A stretch of 64,000 nucleotides of DNA from Octopus bimaculoides (GCF_001194135.2 NC_068999.1:22239981-22303980), one strand, 5' to 3'. Positions 1 to 11,734 are shown, counted from the first letter of the stretch. Notes: generated by a model from the letters alone, not told the origin. Made by a program: numbers and translations.

Positions 1-643
1 AATGAAAATAAATGTGGATATTTCAGTTAAGACATGAAACCATTAGCAAAATAGAGTTAGATGTCTTTTTCAGAGTTAACAGGAAATAAGCTTATCAATG
101 ATACAATATCTCCATTATTTACACTGAAGACCTGTACATCCACATAATACACAGCTGGAAAGACTTGAACTAAAGTCTGATTCTTTGGGTCTCTATAAAT
201 ACTCCCAGTTTATAGAGTAAAGTATGGTGCCTTGTTGAATTGAACTTCATATTATTATTCAATATTTATTTGCATAAATGTTTCACTGTAGTATCTGAAA
301 ATTATTTACTGCCTGTATCCTAAGTGACAGCTTACTGTCCTTCATGTAATTGATTGCCCTAAGGGACTGAAGCCATCCAATCTTATCAAACGGTGTCATA
401 AATAAGAGAAATCCAATGATAGTACGTTGTGAATTTCACTGTTTACAAGATATTTCATTGATAATCTGCAGTTAAGCTGCAACTATTTAGTACCTATTTC
501 TCAAGAGATCAAAAACCAAATCACCTGATTGCCTTAAGATACTGAGGTATATAATTCATTCCATGGTCAATTTTGTGAAGTGTAAACAAATGCAATCAGC
601 ATTGCACCTATTAAAAGAAATATTACAATGTTAAACAGCAGCT

Positions 644-717
644 GTCTCTGTGGCACAATCGGTTAGCGTGTTCGGCTGTTAACCAAAAGGTTGGTGGTTC
701 AAGCCCACCCAGGGACG
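644..717 (+). tRNA. tRNA-Asn(GTT), probably a CpG-decayed pseudogene
   Basis: GTCTCTGTGGCACAATCGGTTAGCGTGTTCGGCTGTTAACCAAAAGGTTGGTGGTTCAAGCCCACCCAGGGACG matches canonical metazoan tRNA-Asn except at 4 positions. Anticodon GTT at 678-680; TTTT terminator at 726-729. Mismatches in the D stem and anticodon stem. Confidence 0.9.
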
Positions 718-732
718 AGCTTAACTTTTATA

Positions 733-1072
733 GGCATAGGAGTGGCTGTGTGGTAAGGAGCTTGCTTACCAACCACATGGTTCCGGGTTCAGTCCCACTG
801 CGTGGCATCTTGGGCAAGTGTCTTCTACTATAGCCTCGGGTTGACCAAAGCCTTGTGAGTGGATTTGGTAAATGGAAACTGAAAGAAGCCCGTCGTATAT
901 ATGTATATATATATATATGTGTGTGTGTGTATGTTTGTGTGTCTGTGTTTGTCCCCAACATCGCTTGACAACCAATGCTGGTGTGTTTACATCCCCGTAA
1001 CTTAGCGGTTCAGCAAAACAGACCAATAGAATAAGTACTAGGCTTACAAAGAATAAGTCCTGGGATCGATTT
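733..1072 (+). mobile_element. tRNA-derived composite SINE (head A, internal microsatellite, tail B), 3'-truncated
   Basis: Head GGAGTGGCTGTGTGGTAAG..GGTTCAGTCCCACTG..CTTGGGCAAGTG, then (TA)(TG)n, then the tail shared with many other copies in the window. Confidence 0.85.
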
Positions 1073-2521
1073 GAATAAAATAAGGGGTAATGTGATGGGT
1101 GTACGTGCAGATGATTGAGGGTTCTCAACTGAAGCTTTGCTCTTGTCTGGTGGTGAGGTAGTAACTTGTGTGGTAGTTGTTGGAGAATCTCAGTGGAGGG
1201 AGTGGTATCAAGAAGCTAAAAGTTAATTTTATTGTTAATTTACAAGCTGAATTTTCACATGATCTATTCATTTCAGTATTTTGATTATGTGTGAGATGAG
1301 GGATGCTAGACTAATTATCCGGTTGTACCCAGCAATACACTTCAGCAAACTGCTGAAATGGTTTCCTCTTTCAAAAGCCATTGGAAGTTTTCCAGCATTT
1401 AAAAAAACTTTGGAAGATAATACTCAAATATTTTAAATATTTTTTTCCAAGACTTCAAGAAAACCACTAGAATATTATCTGGTTTTGGAGCTAAGCCGGT
1501 TCTAAGATAATTAATAGAGTCTACTATACATAAGTATTTTTCACTAGTTACATGGGTGTGTGAGTTATTACTTTCTGTCTGTTAAAGAAAATTTTACTTA
1601 GTTGATATCTTTCTTTTTTATAAGACTGCTACACATATCTGATGAATCAGTAGTGTATGATCCATCTTGACACAGGGGTTTTATAACAAGGCTCTCACAA
1701 GCAGAACATAAATATACTGTAGATATATGTATGTCTTTCAGTTGAAAAGCTAAAATAAATGGCTATTATTTTTTAATTATGTCAATATGCATAGAGTAAA
1801 GCTGTTATTCATTTGACAGAAAAAAAATAAAAACTGTCTAGATTCATAAGATTATTATAAATAATTTCATTCTCTAAGTCAATTTTTAAGGGAGCAAAAA
1901 TGAAGAACAGATGCTATTTGTTGAAGATCTGAGGTCTTCACTTAAGCACTCTAAGATTCATTTTAGACTAATTTGATCATACAGCTTTAACAATATCTAT
2001 CAAAATCATTATTGTTTATTCTACCATACTTACAGAATATCATCAAACACAGCAATACCATTTTAAGCAGTTCTCCATATCACATACACATGCGAGATGA
2101 ATGCTCGTAACTTAAGGATTGCTCAATGACTTTAATACAGATTGCATAAAATAGATCCCTGACAATATGGCAGTTGCAATATGATAACTGTGTGTGTGCA
2201 CACATGTGTGAATTGTTCTTTTTCTTCTTTTCAAATTCACACTTCAATTATCATTTATAGAGCCAAGTTTTAAAAAAACGGGAAAAAAAACCCATTTTTG
2301 TCATGAAATCCATTATGGTATATTTGCAATTAAATCAAAGACAACAATTTATTGCAAGCAGTAAACTTAAATACAGTCAAAAAAGATTACATACTTTAGC
2401 TAAACATTTGAAACATAACAAGAAAACAATAAAATGAAAAGAAACTTAAGTTCTCATTTTTGTCTTTTGAAACAAATTTAGACTTTCGAAAAAAAAAAAA
2501 AAAAAAAAAGATATGCAATCT

Positions 2522-2778
2522 TCTTTTACTTGTTTCAGTCATTTGACTGTGGCCATGCTGGAACACCGCCTTTAGTCGAACAAATTGACACCAGGACTTA
2601 TTCTTTGTAAGCCTCGTACTTATTGTATCAGTCTCTTTTGCTAAACTGCTAAGTTATGGGGATGTAAACGCACCAACATCGGTTGTCATGAGATGGTGGG
2701 GGAACAAACACTTACATACATACATATATATATATACAGCAGGCTTCTTTCAGTTTCTGTCTACTAAATCCACTCACA
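2522..2778 (-). mobile_element. Composite SINE A/B, 5'-truncated
   Basis: Reverse complement of the tail ..CCAGCATGGCCACAGTCAAATGACTGAAACAAGTAAAAG plus the 3' part of head A. Confidence 0.85.
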
Positions 2779-3039
2779 CAAGAAGAGTAATATCATTTCT
2801 GTTACCTCAGCCAGAAGGTTTACTAAAACTGTTCTTATTCAGTAAATCTAAAGCCAAACTTTAAAAAAAATTTTTTGTAATAATTAACAGAAGTATTAAT
2901 CAATAATACAAAGTATTAATTTCTTCGACAACATATGATGTGCAATCCATAGGCACCATTGCAGGCTTCCCAGTCTTAAGAGGATAGTAACTCAAATAAA
3001 AAATGATACAAGGTGAAAGAGACTCTTTAGTCAATGCTC

Positions 3040-3390
3040 TGAAATAAAATACACCCAGTACAGCCTGGAGAATGGGTGCTGACGGAAAGGGTATCCACCC
3101 ATATAAAATGTGCCAAAAATGGAATGCACAATGATCCCATAAGCAGCTTCAAGTTTATCTGTCTATGAGGGAAATCACTCCAAATAACTGACACATAGTA
3201 GAGACGACAACCTGTCTAGTGCTGGTGTCATGATAGAATGTACCTATGACATATACAACAGCAAAAGTGGATTGTTTTTCTCTGTTGTTTGGTAGAGAAG
3301 ATAAAGTGAACCATGACCACAATGACAACCTGTCCATCAAGCCAACTTATAAAAATGGATGTTGATAATGATGATAACAATGATGATATA
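3040..3390 (+). mobile_element. Degenerate LINE/SINE 3' tails ending in (GAT)n
   Basis: GGAAAGGGTATCCACC resembles the GGAAGGGCATCCAGC tail seen at 63850; ends in ATGATGAT repeats. Confidence 0.45.
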
Positions 3391-4362
3391 AAGACCTTGT
3401 ATTTCAGAAACAGTTGGGTGTTTAATACTGAGAATTAATGCATACAAGGAAGTGAACTTGCATCATCCAAGAATTATAACTAGTTCAGGTTTCAATTAAC
3501 AAAGGCTTTCTTATTTTGCAGATTTTATGAAGCTTTGAATAAGCATGCTGACACTTAAAGCTTATCAAACAGATGGCATCTCAAGAAATTTATACTGAAC
3601 TTATATTTGTTATGAAGAGGGTTCAGCTGTGGAATATTTACTCTGATGGTAACGACCTATTAAGTTATTAAAATATTTGTTTCTAAAACAAGAATAAAAA
3701 AACTGAAATTTTTAAAAATAAGAAATGAAATCTTTTGAGAGATTCTTTCTTTCCAGAATATTAGTAATATAAACAAATGGAAACTGATCATCTACGAACT
3801 GAACCTGACAAAGGAGACTCGACAAGAACTTATCTCTTCAATACTATATTAGTTGATACCAAAGATGCTCACATCAAGAGTTTTAATGTGTTTGACCTTA
3901 AACTTAACTCGATCTAAACCACTAAGTTTTGAAAGATAGAAATAAATTTATTAGATTTTTTTATGTTTTGAATAAGATTTAATGTTTATTTAGGTTAAAT
4001 TTGATTTATTAGTTTGGCTTCAATTCAAATGAAACATTTATGAAAATTTCCATGTAGTATAGGATTATAGTCTTTATAGGGAAATACTTTATTCCAAAAG
4101 AGATTATCCCTCTACTTATCAATAATCTTTGAATACAATTAAAGCAATAAAATTAAATGCTTGCTAACTCTCTCTCTTAAAACAGTCTTATATAGCAAAT
4201 CAATTATGTATGTAATATGCAATAATTGTCTCTTAGTATACAGTAAATCTGCAAATAACAATTAGCAGGTAAATTTTCATATTTAATGTCCATTCAGGAT
4301 TTGAGTAAACTGTTGGTCACTGTATAATTTGCATAAATATGTACATGTATATGTATGTATGT

Positions 4363-4566
4363 GGAGGCACGTGACTTAGTGGTTAGGGTGTCAGCATCAT
4401 GATCCTAAGATTGTGGTTTCGATTCCTGGACCGGGCGACGCGTTGTGTTCTTGAACAAAACACTTCATTTCATGTTGCTCCAGTCCACTCAACTGGCAAA
4501 AATGAGTAACGCTGCGATGGACTGGCGCCCCGTCCAGCTGGGGAATACATACGCCATTGAAACTGG
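4363..4566 (+). mobile_element. tRNA-derived SINE (family F, CORE-like centre)
   Basis: A/B-box-like head GTGACTTAGTGGTTAGG..GTTTCGATTCC, then TTGTGTTCTTGAACAAAACACTT..GCTCCAGTCCACTC. Related minus-strand copies at 36165 and 54172. Confidence 0.75.
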
Positions 4567-4720
4567 CTTTAAAAAAAAAGGGTGCATTTATTTATTTATA
4601 TGTATGTATAGATGCATGCATAAAGCTACGTGTATGTTGACTCACTGGCAATATTTTTAAATCTTCAGGCAGAAATACAAGCTAAATACACTTTTTTTTT
4701 AATGTTAATTTGCTCTTTAA

Positions 4721-4942
4721 CCCTTTAGAATTTGAACTGGTTCTATCCAGTCCAAATATTCCACCTGTTTTATGTTCAAACCTGTCAAATCCAGCCTCTC
4801 ACACCTATGCTACAATATCATTCTAAAAGTAAACAATCATATATCATTGAAATCTTGACACTAAAAGATAATACATGATTGATTCAAAACAATGTGAATA
4901 AATAAGCAGAACATTTCACAGAGTATTCAGAATGCTAAAGGG
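4721..4942. mobile_element. piggyBac-type MITE
   Basis: TTAA|CCCTTTAG..CTAAAGGG|TTAA: terminal inverted repeats with TTAA duplication at 4717-4720 and 4943-4946. Confidence 0.85.
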
Positions 4943-5009
4943 TTAAGCCTGGTTCCACAAAGTGAAATAAAACAAAATCAAAGGATGCAGTTACTCACAT
5001 TACACTAAA

Positions 5010-5200
5010 AAATGATGGAAAAGTATGGTCACCCCATGCTTCCATGGGTCAGACAATAGTATGAAGGGGTTGAGTTTTCTATGGCTGGATCTCATTTCCA
5101 AGTGAGGTAATAATCCTCAAATCACTCACTCAACAAACAGTCTGGACATGGTTTCACAGAGAAATGGAAACACTCTCTCCTATGAAGTGGGGCTTTTGTT
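5010..5200 (-). mobile_element. Degenerate retroposon tail (family E)
   Basis: Resembles the reverse complement of the 14805-15040 copy. Confidence 0.5.
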
Positions 5201-5271
5201 TATGACCAGCAAACATATGAAGATGAGTAGAAATATGAACTCATTCACACACACACACACAGGGTTTATTT

Positions 5272-5418
5272 TCTGTCTGCCAACTAGTTTTACTCACAAG
5301 ATATTGATCAACCTATGGCTATAGTATAGGTTACCTGTCTATAACATCCATGCAGTGGAACTGAACCCCAAACCACAAGGTTTTAAAGTGAACCTCTTCA
5401 CTCCACCACCATGTCTGC
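5272..5418 (-). mobile_element. Degenerate SINE head A
   Basis: CATGCAGTGGAACTGAACCCCAAACCAC is the reverse complement of the head A B-box region. Confidence 0.65.
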
Positions 5419-6330
5419 GCTCACTCACACACAAATGCACTAGTGTGTGTTAGTCATATATATTTGGTATTTCTAAAGAATGACGCAAAAATGTGATGCA
5501 TAATTCAGGATTTCATAATGTATATAAAAAAACAAACATTTTTTTAAATAGATAATATAGATGGTATTTCCTGAACATCATGTATATGAATGGAAGAAAT
5601 AACATTTGATTAATTAAAGATTCTATATCAAAGCCCATTAAAAAGTCATGATGAGTAATTTTCTGAATGTAAAAAGAAACCCAGTAGAACATACTTTGCA
5701 TCATCAAATGATATAAAACAATGTAAATTTGTCATATTGGTGTTATTATAGCTCATAGTTTAAAGCATTTGCTTCAATTGGATAATTTATGGACAGTGAT
5801 TGATATTATACAAAATAAAGCTTTCCAAGACTACATAACAAGTATTACTATGCCACTTCTTTAAGCTTTTTTTTTTTCTTTTTGACAATTTTCCATGTCA
5901 CAGGCAAAATATATTCTGTCAAATGCAAAATGAAAAGCATGTATGGTGAAACAAGATTTCCCACTCTTCTAGGAACTGATGTAACAGCAGATACAATAAG
6001 AATTAGAACACACACATCTATGAGTGTGTGTGAGCATGTGAAATGTCACAGAATAACTTTAATCGAAATCAAAAATATTTGGAATTTCCTTTGAGATGGT
6101 CAGTTTTTCAATTTTATGCATGTCGTTTCACTTCAAGTTTGGTACAGATATAATTATTTTCTAAATTGCCTTTTTATTTTCTAGCTATAGCACACCCAAC
6201 AAATTAGATTAATATAATTGATAAATACTGAATTTTGAGATAATGAAGCTTAAATCATTGTTTCATTATCAGTCTACTTTAATTCTCTTTGAAGTCCATT
6301 GTCGTCATGGTGAATATATAACAATTATGC

Positions 6331-6732
6331 TTTTTTTTACTGTGAATGGTTTTGTTAAGCAGTGCCAATTGTTACAATTATGTAAATAATAATACAAGTA
6401 TTTTATAAGATTCAAGTTTATAGCGATCACTGCGCAATGACTAAAGAAAATAGTCTAGTAATGGAGCATATGAAAAAAAGTAGGTTCTCCGGTACACATG
6501 GGACTCGAACCCACATGTCTCTGTTTACGCAACCAAGTGTGCTACCAATTACATCAGCAAACCTGCCTACTTTTTTTCTGTCAGATTTAAGAACTATGAT
6601 TAGTTCATAGTTGTTTTTGTAAACAAACTTTCATGTACTTTTTTTATTGCGAATGGTTTTGTTAAGCAGTGTCGATTTTTACAATTCTGTAAATAATAAA
6701 TAATAGTATTTTATAAGCTTAAAGCTTATAAG
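6331..6732. repeat. Pair of ~93-bp direct repeats (6331-6423 and 6638-6732, period 307) flanking a tRNA-like sequence
   Basis: Both copies read TG(T/C)GAATGGTTTTGTTAAGCAGTG..TTACAATT.TGTAAATAATA..AGTATTTTATAAG. Confidence 0.85.
6490..6563 (-). pseudogene. tRNA-like sequence (anticodon position GCG, Arg-like), degenerate cloverleaf
   Basis: Reverse complement GGTTTGCTGATGTAATTGGTAGCACACTTGGTTGCGTAAACAGAGACATGTGGGTTCGAGTCCCATGTGTACCG. Intact T arm/B-box GGTTCGAGTCC, partial A-box, weak anticodon stem, T7 terminator downstream. Confidence 0.7.
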
Positions 6733-6777
6733 TGTGTGTGTATGTGTGTGTGAACCTTCAGAACCTTAATTTCTAAA

Positions 6778-6936
6778 TATATAATTATAAAAATATAATT
6801 ATAATCAAGGGCACTGGAATGCCAGTGCCTATGCACTAGAAGTAGAGAGGCTTGTAGACATTTGACATCTACTTCTAGTGTATAGGTATTGATATTCCAG
6901 TGCCTTTAATTATAATAATATTTTTATAATTATATA
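6778..6936. mobile_element. Fold-back hairpin / MITE with 69-bp arms
   Basis: Arms 6778-6846 and 6868-6936 are reverse complements at 61/69 positions; 21-nt spacer; TA-rich ends. Confidence 0.75.
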
Positions 6937-7250
6937 CCTATATACATATATACATATATATATATACCTATATACATATATATATATANNNNNNNNNNNN
7001 NNNNNNNNNNNNNNNNNNNNNNNNNNNNNNNNNNNNNNNNNNNNNNNNNNNNNNNNNNNNNNNNNNNNNNNNNNNNNNNNNNNNNNNNATATATATATAT
7101 ATATATATACCTATATACATATATACATATATATATATGAATACACACACATATATATGAATACACACATATACATGAATACACACACACACACACAAAC
7201 ACATATATATATATATATGAATACGTGTATATATACATGTATATATCCTC
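6937..7250. repeat. (TA)n/(CA)n microsatellite block containing a 100-N gap (6989-7088)
   Basis: Directly visible. Confidence 0.95.
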
Positions 7251-7264
7251 AAGCAAAACTAACC

Positions 7265-8920
7265 TAAATGTCTCTTCTCACCAGACATTGACATGAAACT
7301 TCAACAATTCATGTCTGTAATGCAAGCTGTATGCTACAAATGTGTCCCAGAGAGAAAGGCCACTGTACACAAGAACAAAATCCCCAGGGAAAGGAAAGTT
7401 CTTATGAGATGGCATACAAAAATTTCAAATTGCTTAAGCAAACAAATTGAAAGCAGTGAAAAATCCCACCTGAAAATACAACTGCTGGAAACTGATAAAA
7501 ATCTGCAAAAAATCAGGAGTGGCTGTGTGGTAAGTAGTTTGTTTACCAACCACATGGTGTTCGAGTTCAGTCCCACTGCGTGGCACCTTGGGTAAGTGTC
7601 TTCTACTATAGCCTCAGGCTGACCAAAGCCTTGTGAGTGGATTTGGTAGACGGAAACTGAAAGAAACCTGTCGTGTATATGTGTATATATATATGTGTGT
7701 GTTTGTTTGTCTGTTTGGCTCCCCAACATCGTTTGACAACCGATACTGGTGTGTTTACATCCCCGTAACTTAGCGGTTCGGCAATAAGAGACCGATAGAA
7801 TAAGTACTAGGCTTATAAGTCCTGGGGTCGATTTGCTCGACTAAAGGCGGTGCTCCAGCATGGCCACAGTCAAATGACTGAAACAAGTAAAAGAGTAACT
7901 CCTCCCATGAAAAAGAAAGAGCAAACAAAGAAGCCTGGGCTATAGACAATATAAAATCTAACCCCAGAGCCTTCTACAAGTTTGCCAAAGAAACAGCCTC
8001 AGTGCAATGCAGAGCAGGGCCACTCTACCAAAAAGATGGTTCACTCACAGGAAACCCAACGAGGACAAGTGAAATACTAAATGAGCAATTCAGAAGTGTT
8101 TTCACTCCACCCCTGGGACACTTGCAAGTCAGCAATCCAGCTGACTTTTTCGCCACTGCAGATATAAAAACAGAAGCAGTGATGATTGATCACTTCAATA
8201 TAAAAGAAGATGATGTAATAAGGGCTATAAATGAAATGAACTCGAACTCAGCTACTGGGCCTGATGGATTCTCAGCAATCCTTCTAAAATCATGTAAGCG
8301 CGTCCTAGCAAGACCACTGCAGCATCTCTTCCAGAGCTTTCAACTGGCAAACTGGAAGGCTGAAGGAAGGGAAAAGATGCCCCATCCATAAAGGAGGTAG
8401 CAGAGTAGAGGCTAAAAACTACAGACCTATCTCTCTGACTTTGCACATCAGCAAGGTCATGGAATGAATAGTCAGAAGAAAACTAATCACCTTCCTTGAG
8501 GAAAATGACTTGATGACACCCAACATGGTTTCTGACCAGGAAGAAGCTGCCTGACTCAGCTCTTACAACACTATGACTGGGTGTTGAAACAGCTGCTCAA
8601 CCACTCAAATGTGGATGTGATATATCTTGGCTTTGCAAAGGCTTTCGATAAAATCAATCATGGAATTATATATATGTACAAACTGTGTGATCTCAGCATA
8701 GTCGGGAAATTGGGAGAATAACTGCATGACTTTCTGAAAGATAGAAGTCAAGCAGTAGTAGCCAAAGGGGCCACCTCCAATCACACGCAAATAGTGAGTG
8801 GTGTTCCGCAAGGCAATGTTTTGGGACCACTACTGTTCATAATGGCCCTTTCAGATATGCCCTCAGCCACACAGAGAGACACAATCACAGGGTATGCAGA
8901 TGATACAAAAGTCTCACAGG
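7265..8920 (+). mobile_element. CR1/L2-group LINE ORF2 relic (linker plus reverse transcriptase), interrupted by a SINE at 7515-7898
   Basis: Translates, across frameshifts, to IKSNPRAFYKF, SATGPDGF, KNYRPISLT, QHGF, DVIYLGFAKAFDK, SGVPQGNVLGPLLF and YADDTK. Confidence 0.9.
7515..7898 (+). mobile_element. Near full-length composite SINE A/B inserted in the LINE relic
   Basis: Complete head, microsatellite and tail ending ..CAAGTAAAAGAGTAA; LINE-like coding sequence on both sides. Confidence 0.9.
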
Positions 8921-9644
8921 TGAGTAGAAAAGGGAGAGGACATCCTTTTGATACAACTACCTGCTTTAGCTTATGAAAATGTTAAATGGCAAAATGCTAA
9001 TCGTTGAATGTGCTGAATTAAAGTGTAGTTTGTAAGCAAGTATTAATTATATGGTATGAGCTATAATAATTACACTTTGTTGGACTATTAATCTTATCTT
9101 GTGTGTTTTAGTTTATACAATGTTTTAATTAAATGGATTTTTGTCTGAAGCTCTGTTACAGATCCTTTATTTCCTGAATATGACTCTTTTCATATCTAGT
9201 TGTCATCAGAGTACCTGCTGATAACTAGAGATCAACTTAATTGAAACATTGTGTAAACAGAAATACAAACAACAAGATTAAAACTTGGAAAAACCTATGT
9301 TATATCCTGGAAGGGTCATTTTGCCAATAAAATAACAACAACCGTACAAGTTCTACTGTATTTCTTTTTATTCTTATTATTGATCAACTAGCTTACAAAT
9401 TAATTATTTGATTGCTTGACTAATCAGTTGATCAGGCTATCAATCAGTAAATTTATGAGAGTCCTTTCGTTGGCATTTGCAACTTTATCAATGGTATGTC
9501 CTCATCACTCTATTATGAGGTATCCAAGCTCTTTAATTAAGTTATTAAACATACCATCATTTTCCAAGTAATAAAACCATCTAAAAAGACAACCAACAAT
9601 TTTTCTCAATCATATATTCCTTTCTCAATAGTATTCCTTGTCTA

Positions 9645-10050
9645 TTCTTTTAGTCTTTTACATGTTTCAGTCATTTGACTGTGGCCATACTGAAGCACTG
9701 CCTTGAAGGGTTTTAGTTGAACAAATCAAGCCCAGGACTTATTTTTTTTAAAGCCTAGTACTAATTCTATCAGTCTCTTTTGCCAAACTGCTAAGTTACA
9801 GGGACATAAATACACCAACACCCATTGTCAAGTGGTAATGGGGGGGGGACAAACACAAATACATATGCATTTATAAACATATATATATATATATATGACA
9901 CGCTTCTTTCAGTTTCTGTCTTCCAAATCCACTTGCAAGGCTTTGCTCAGCTCGAGGCTACAGTAGAAAGCATTTGCCCAAGGTGCAATGCAGTAGGACT
10001 GAAACTGGTGCCATGTGGTTAGGAAGCAAGCTTCTTACCACACAGCTTTG
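9645..10050 (-). mobile_element. Composite SINE A/B
   Basis: Reverse complement of tail B, (TA)n and head A. Confidence 0.85.
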
Positions 10051-10748
10051 CCTGTGCCTACACTTAAAAAATTCACATTTTTCTTTTATTACTCTAATTG
10101 ATTGTATCTGAATACTTATTAAGATTAGCATCAAGCTTTTAAACTTTTCAAATTTGCTATGAGTTTTCATTCTGTGGACACATCAGATTTATATTTGTTC
10201 AGAGACAGAAACCAAATTACCCTTCAATTTTAAACTGTTGCTTTGGTTTGTGATATGAGATTTATCTATTTGTAAGGATTCTGCTTTCTTGAAATTGTAA
10301 AACTGCTTATGAGCTCTGTTTCATTCCTAGGGATTTGGGGGATGTATTCTTTTGTATGCGGGTGTAATAGATAACTCAGTTTTCCAGTTACAAGATTTAT
10401 ACCTAATAATTCTAATATTCGTGTATCATCTAGGATACACAGTGAATTTTTTTTTTTTTCAATCACGAATGCTATATATCTGCTTGCAAGTGTAAAGTAA
10501 AGAGAGATAATGGTAGATTATGCTTTATATAAATAAACAGAAATACAGAATAAGAAATATATGATTCTAGTTTTCATAATTAAAAACAGGTAGTAGAATT
10601 AATCTTAAGTAAACATAAATTTAAGGAAAACATTTTAGTTGTATAGCAAAGACTGTTAAGCAGTGTGATAAAGATTTTGCTTAGTTTCTCTCTCTCTCTC
10701 TCTCTCTCTTTTACTTTGCTTTTGTAAAGAAATTTTAGGAATATTCAC

Positions 10749-10870
10749 CTGACAAAGAATAGTCATTCTTTCTACTCTCACTGTCTCTTATTAAAAATGA
10801 CCCATGTTCATTTTCAGGTAGTAGCAATTTCTTCTCTGCTTCAACACGGCGTATTTTCCCAAAGTACCAC
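10749..10870 (-). CDS. Src42A: Internal coding exon of a Src-family tyrosine kinase (Src42A/FRK type), N-terminal part of the SH2 domain
   Basis: Acceptor TTTTTTACTTTTCTTCAG and donor AG|GTGAAT. 122 nt (intron phases 2 and 1) translating to [40 protein letters not shown], with the SH2 FLIRDSE motif. As recalled, nearly identical to the Drosophila Src42A SH2 start. Confidence 0.95.
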
Positions 10871-11237
10871 CTGAAGAAAAGTAAAAAATTCAAAATTAAA
10901 TTGTGTTCCAATAAGATTCACTTCTGCTTTAAATAAAAATTGGCTATTAGAGAATGTGAAAACTTGACCCCTGTGAAAGTAATAAAATCAGAAAGCAATA
11001 AGGGTGGATTGAGTAGGAATGAATGCATATACCTTATATATGTATATATTATATAAACAGACAACTGATAGAAAATGGAATGAACAACATTCTTTCATTA
11101 AAATCACTACAATTGTTTCAACACATTTTTACATCTGTAATACATTGGTGAGATGTGTAACCATTATCATACATCCAAGGTGTAAAAAGAGTAGCATTCT
11201 ACAAGGTTTTTATCTGAATCTTATGGTTTCATATTTT

Positions 11238-11597
11238 GTCACAAGGGCAGCATTTTGTGGGGAGGGGATGAGTTGATTATTTACAGACCCCGAAAGAATG
11301 AAAGGCAAAGTCGACTTTGGTGGAATTTGAACTCAGAACATAGTAATGGGCGAAATGCTGCTAAGTATTTCGACCAGCATGCTACTTTCTACTAAGGGCA
11401 CAAGGCCTGAATTTTTGGTGGAGGGGACTAGTCGATTGCATTAACACCAGTGTTTCACTGGTACTTAATTTATCAACCCTGAAAGGATGAAAGGCAGAAT
11501 TGACCTCAGTGGAATTTGAACTCAGAATGTAATGACAGATAAAATACATCTAAGCATTTTGCCTGGCATGCTAATGATTCTGTCAGCTTACCACCTA
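11238..11597 (-). mobile_element. Two tandem copies of tRNA-derived SINE family C
   Basis: Each contains ACCCCGAAAG.ATGAAAGGCAAAGTCGAC..GGAATTTGAACTCAGAA, the reverse complement of the 16682 copy. Confidence 0.8.
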
Positions 11598-11734
11598 ACC
11601 AGGCACTGGCTCTCATGGCTTCTGATCTTAACTGATTAGAAGTGTTATTATGTACATGTTTTGTCTTGGTGTAAAAGATGGGCTACAGCAAATATTCTGC
11701 TCAATACCACAAATTTGCTTCTCAGATTTTGCTT

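Noticed and set aside
255-300. Minus-strand TTTCAG|ATACTACAGTGAAACAT.. reading DTTVKHL, resembling the next SH2 exon (DTVKHY)
   Set aside because: It lacks VRDG and YRI, hits a stop after three more codons, and has no donor.
728-1128. ORFs overlapping SINE copies (also at 7334, 9825, 49140, 54649)
   Set aside because: They are chance frames through the same SINE sequence, recurring in each copy.
3520-3660. Plus-strand AG..GT bounded segment resembling an exon
   Set aside because: No clean open frame and no independent support.
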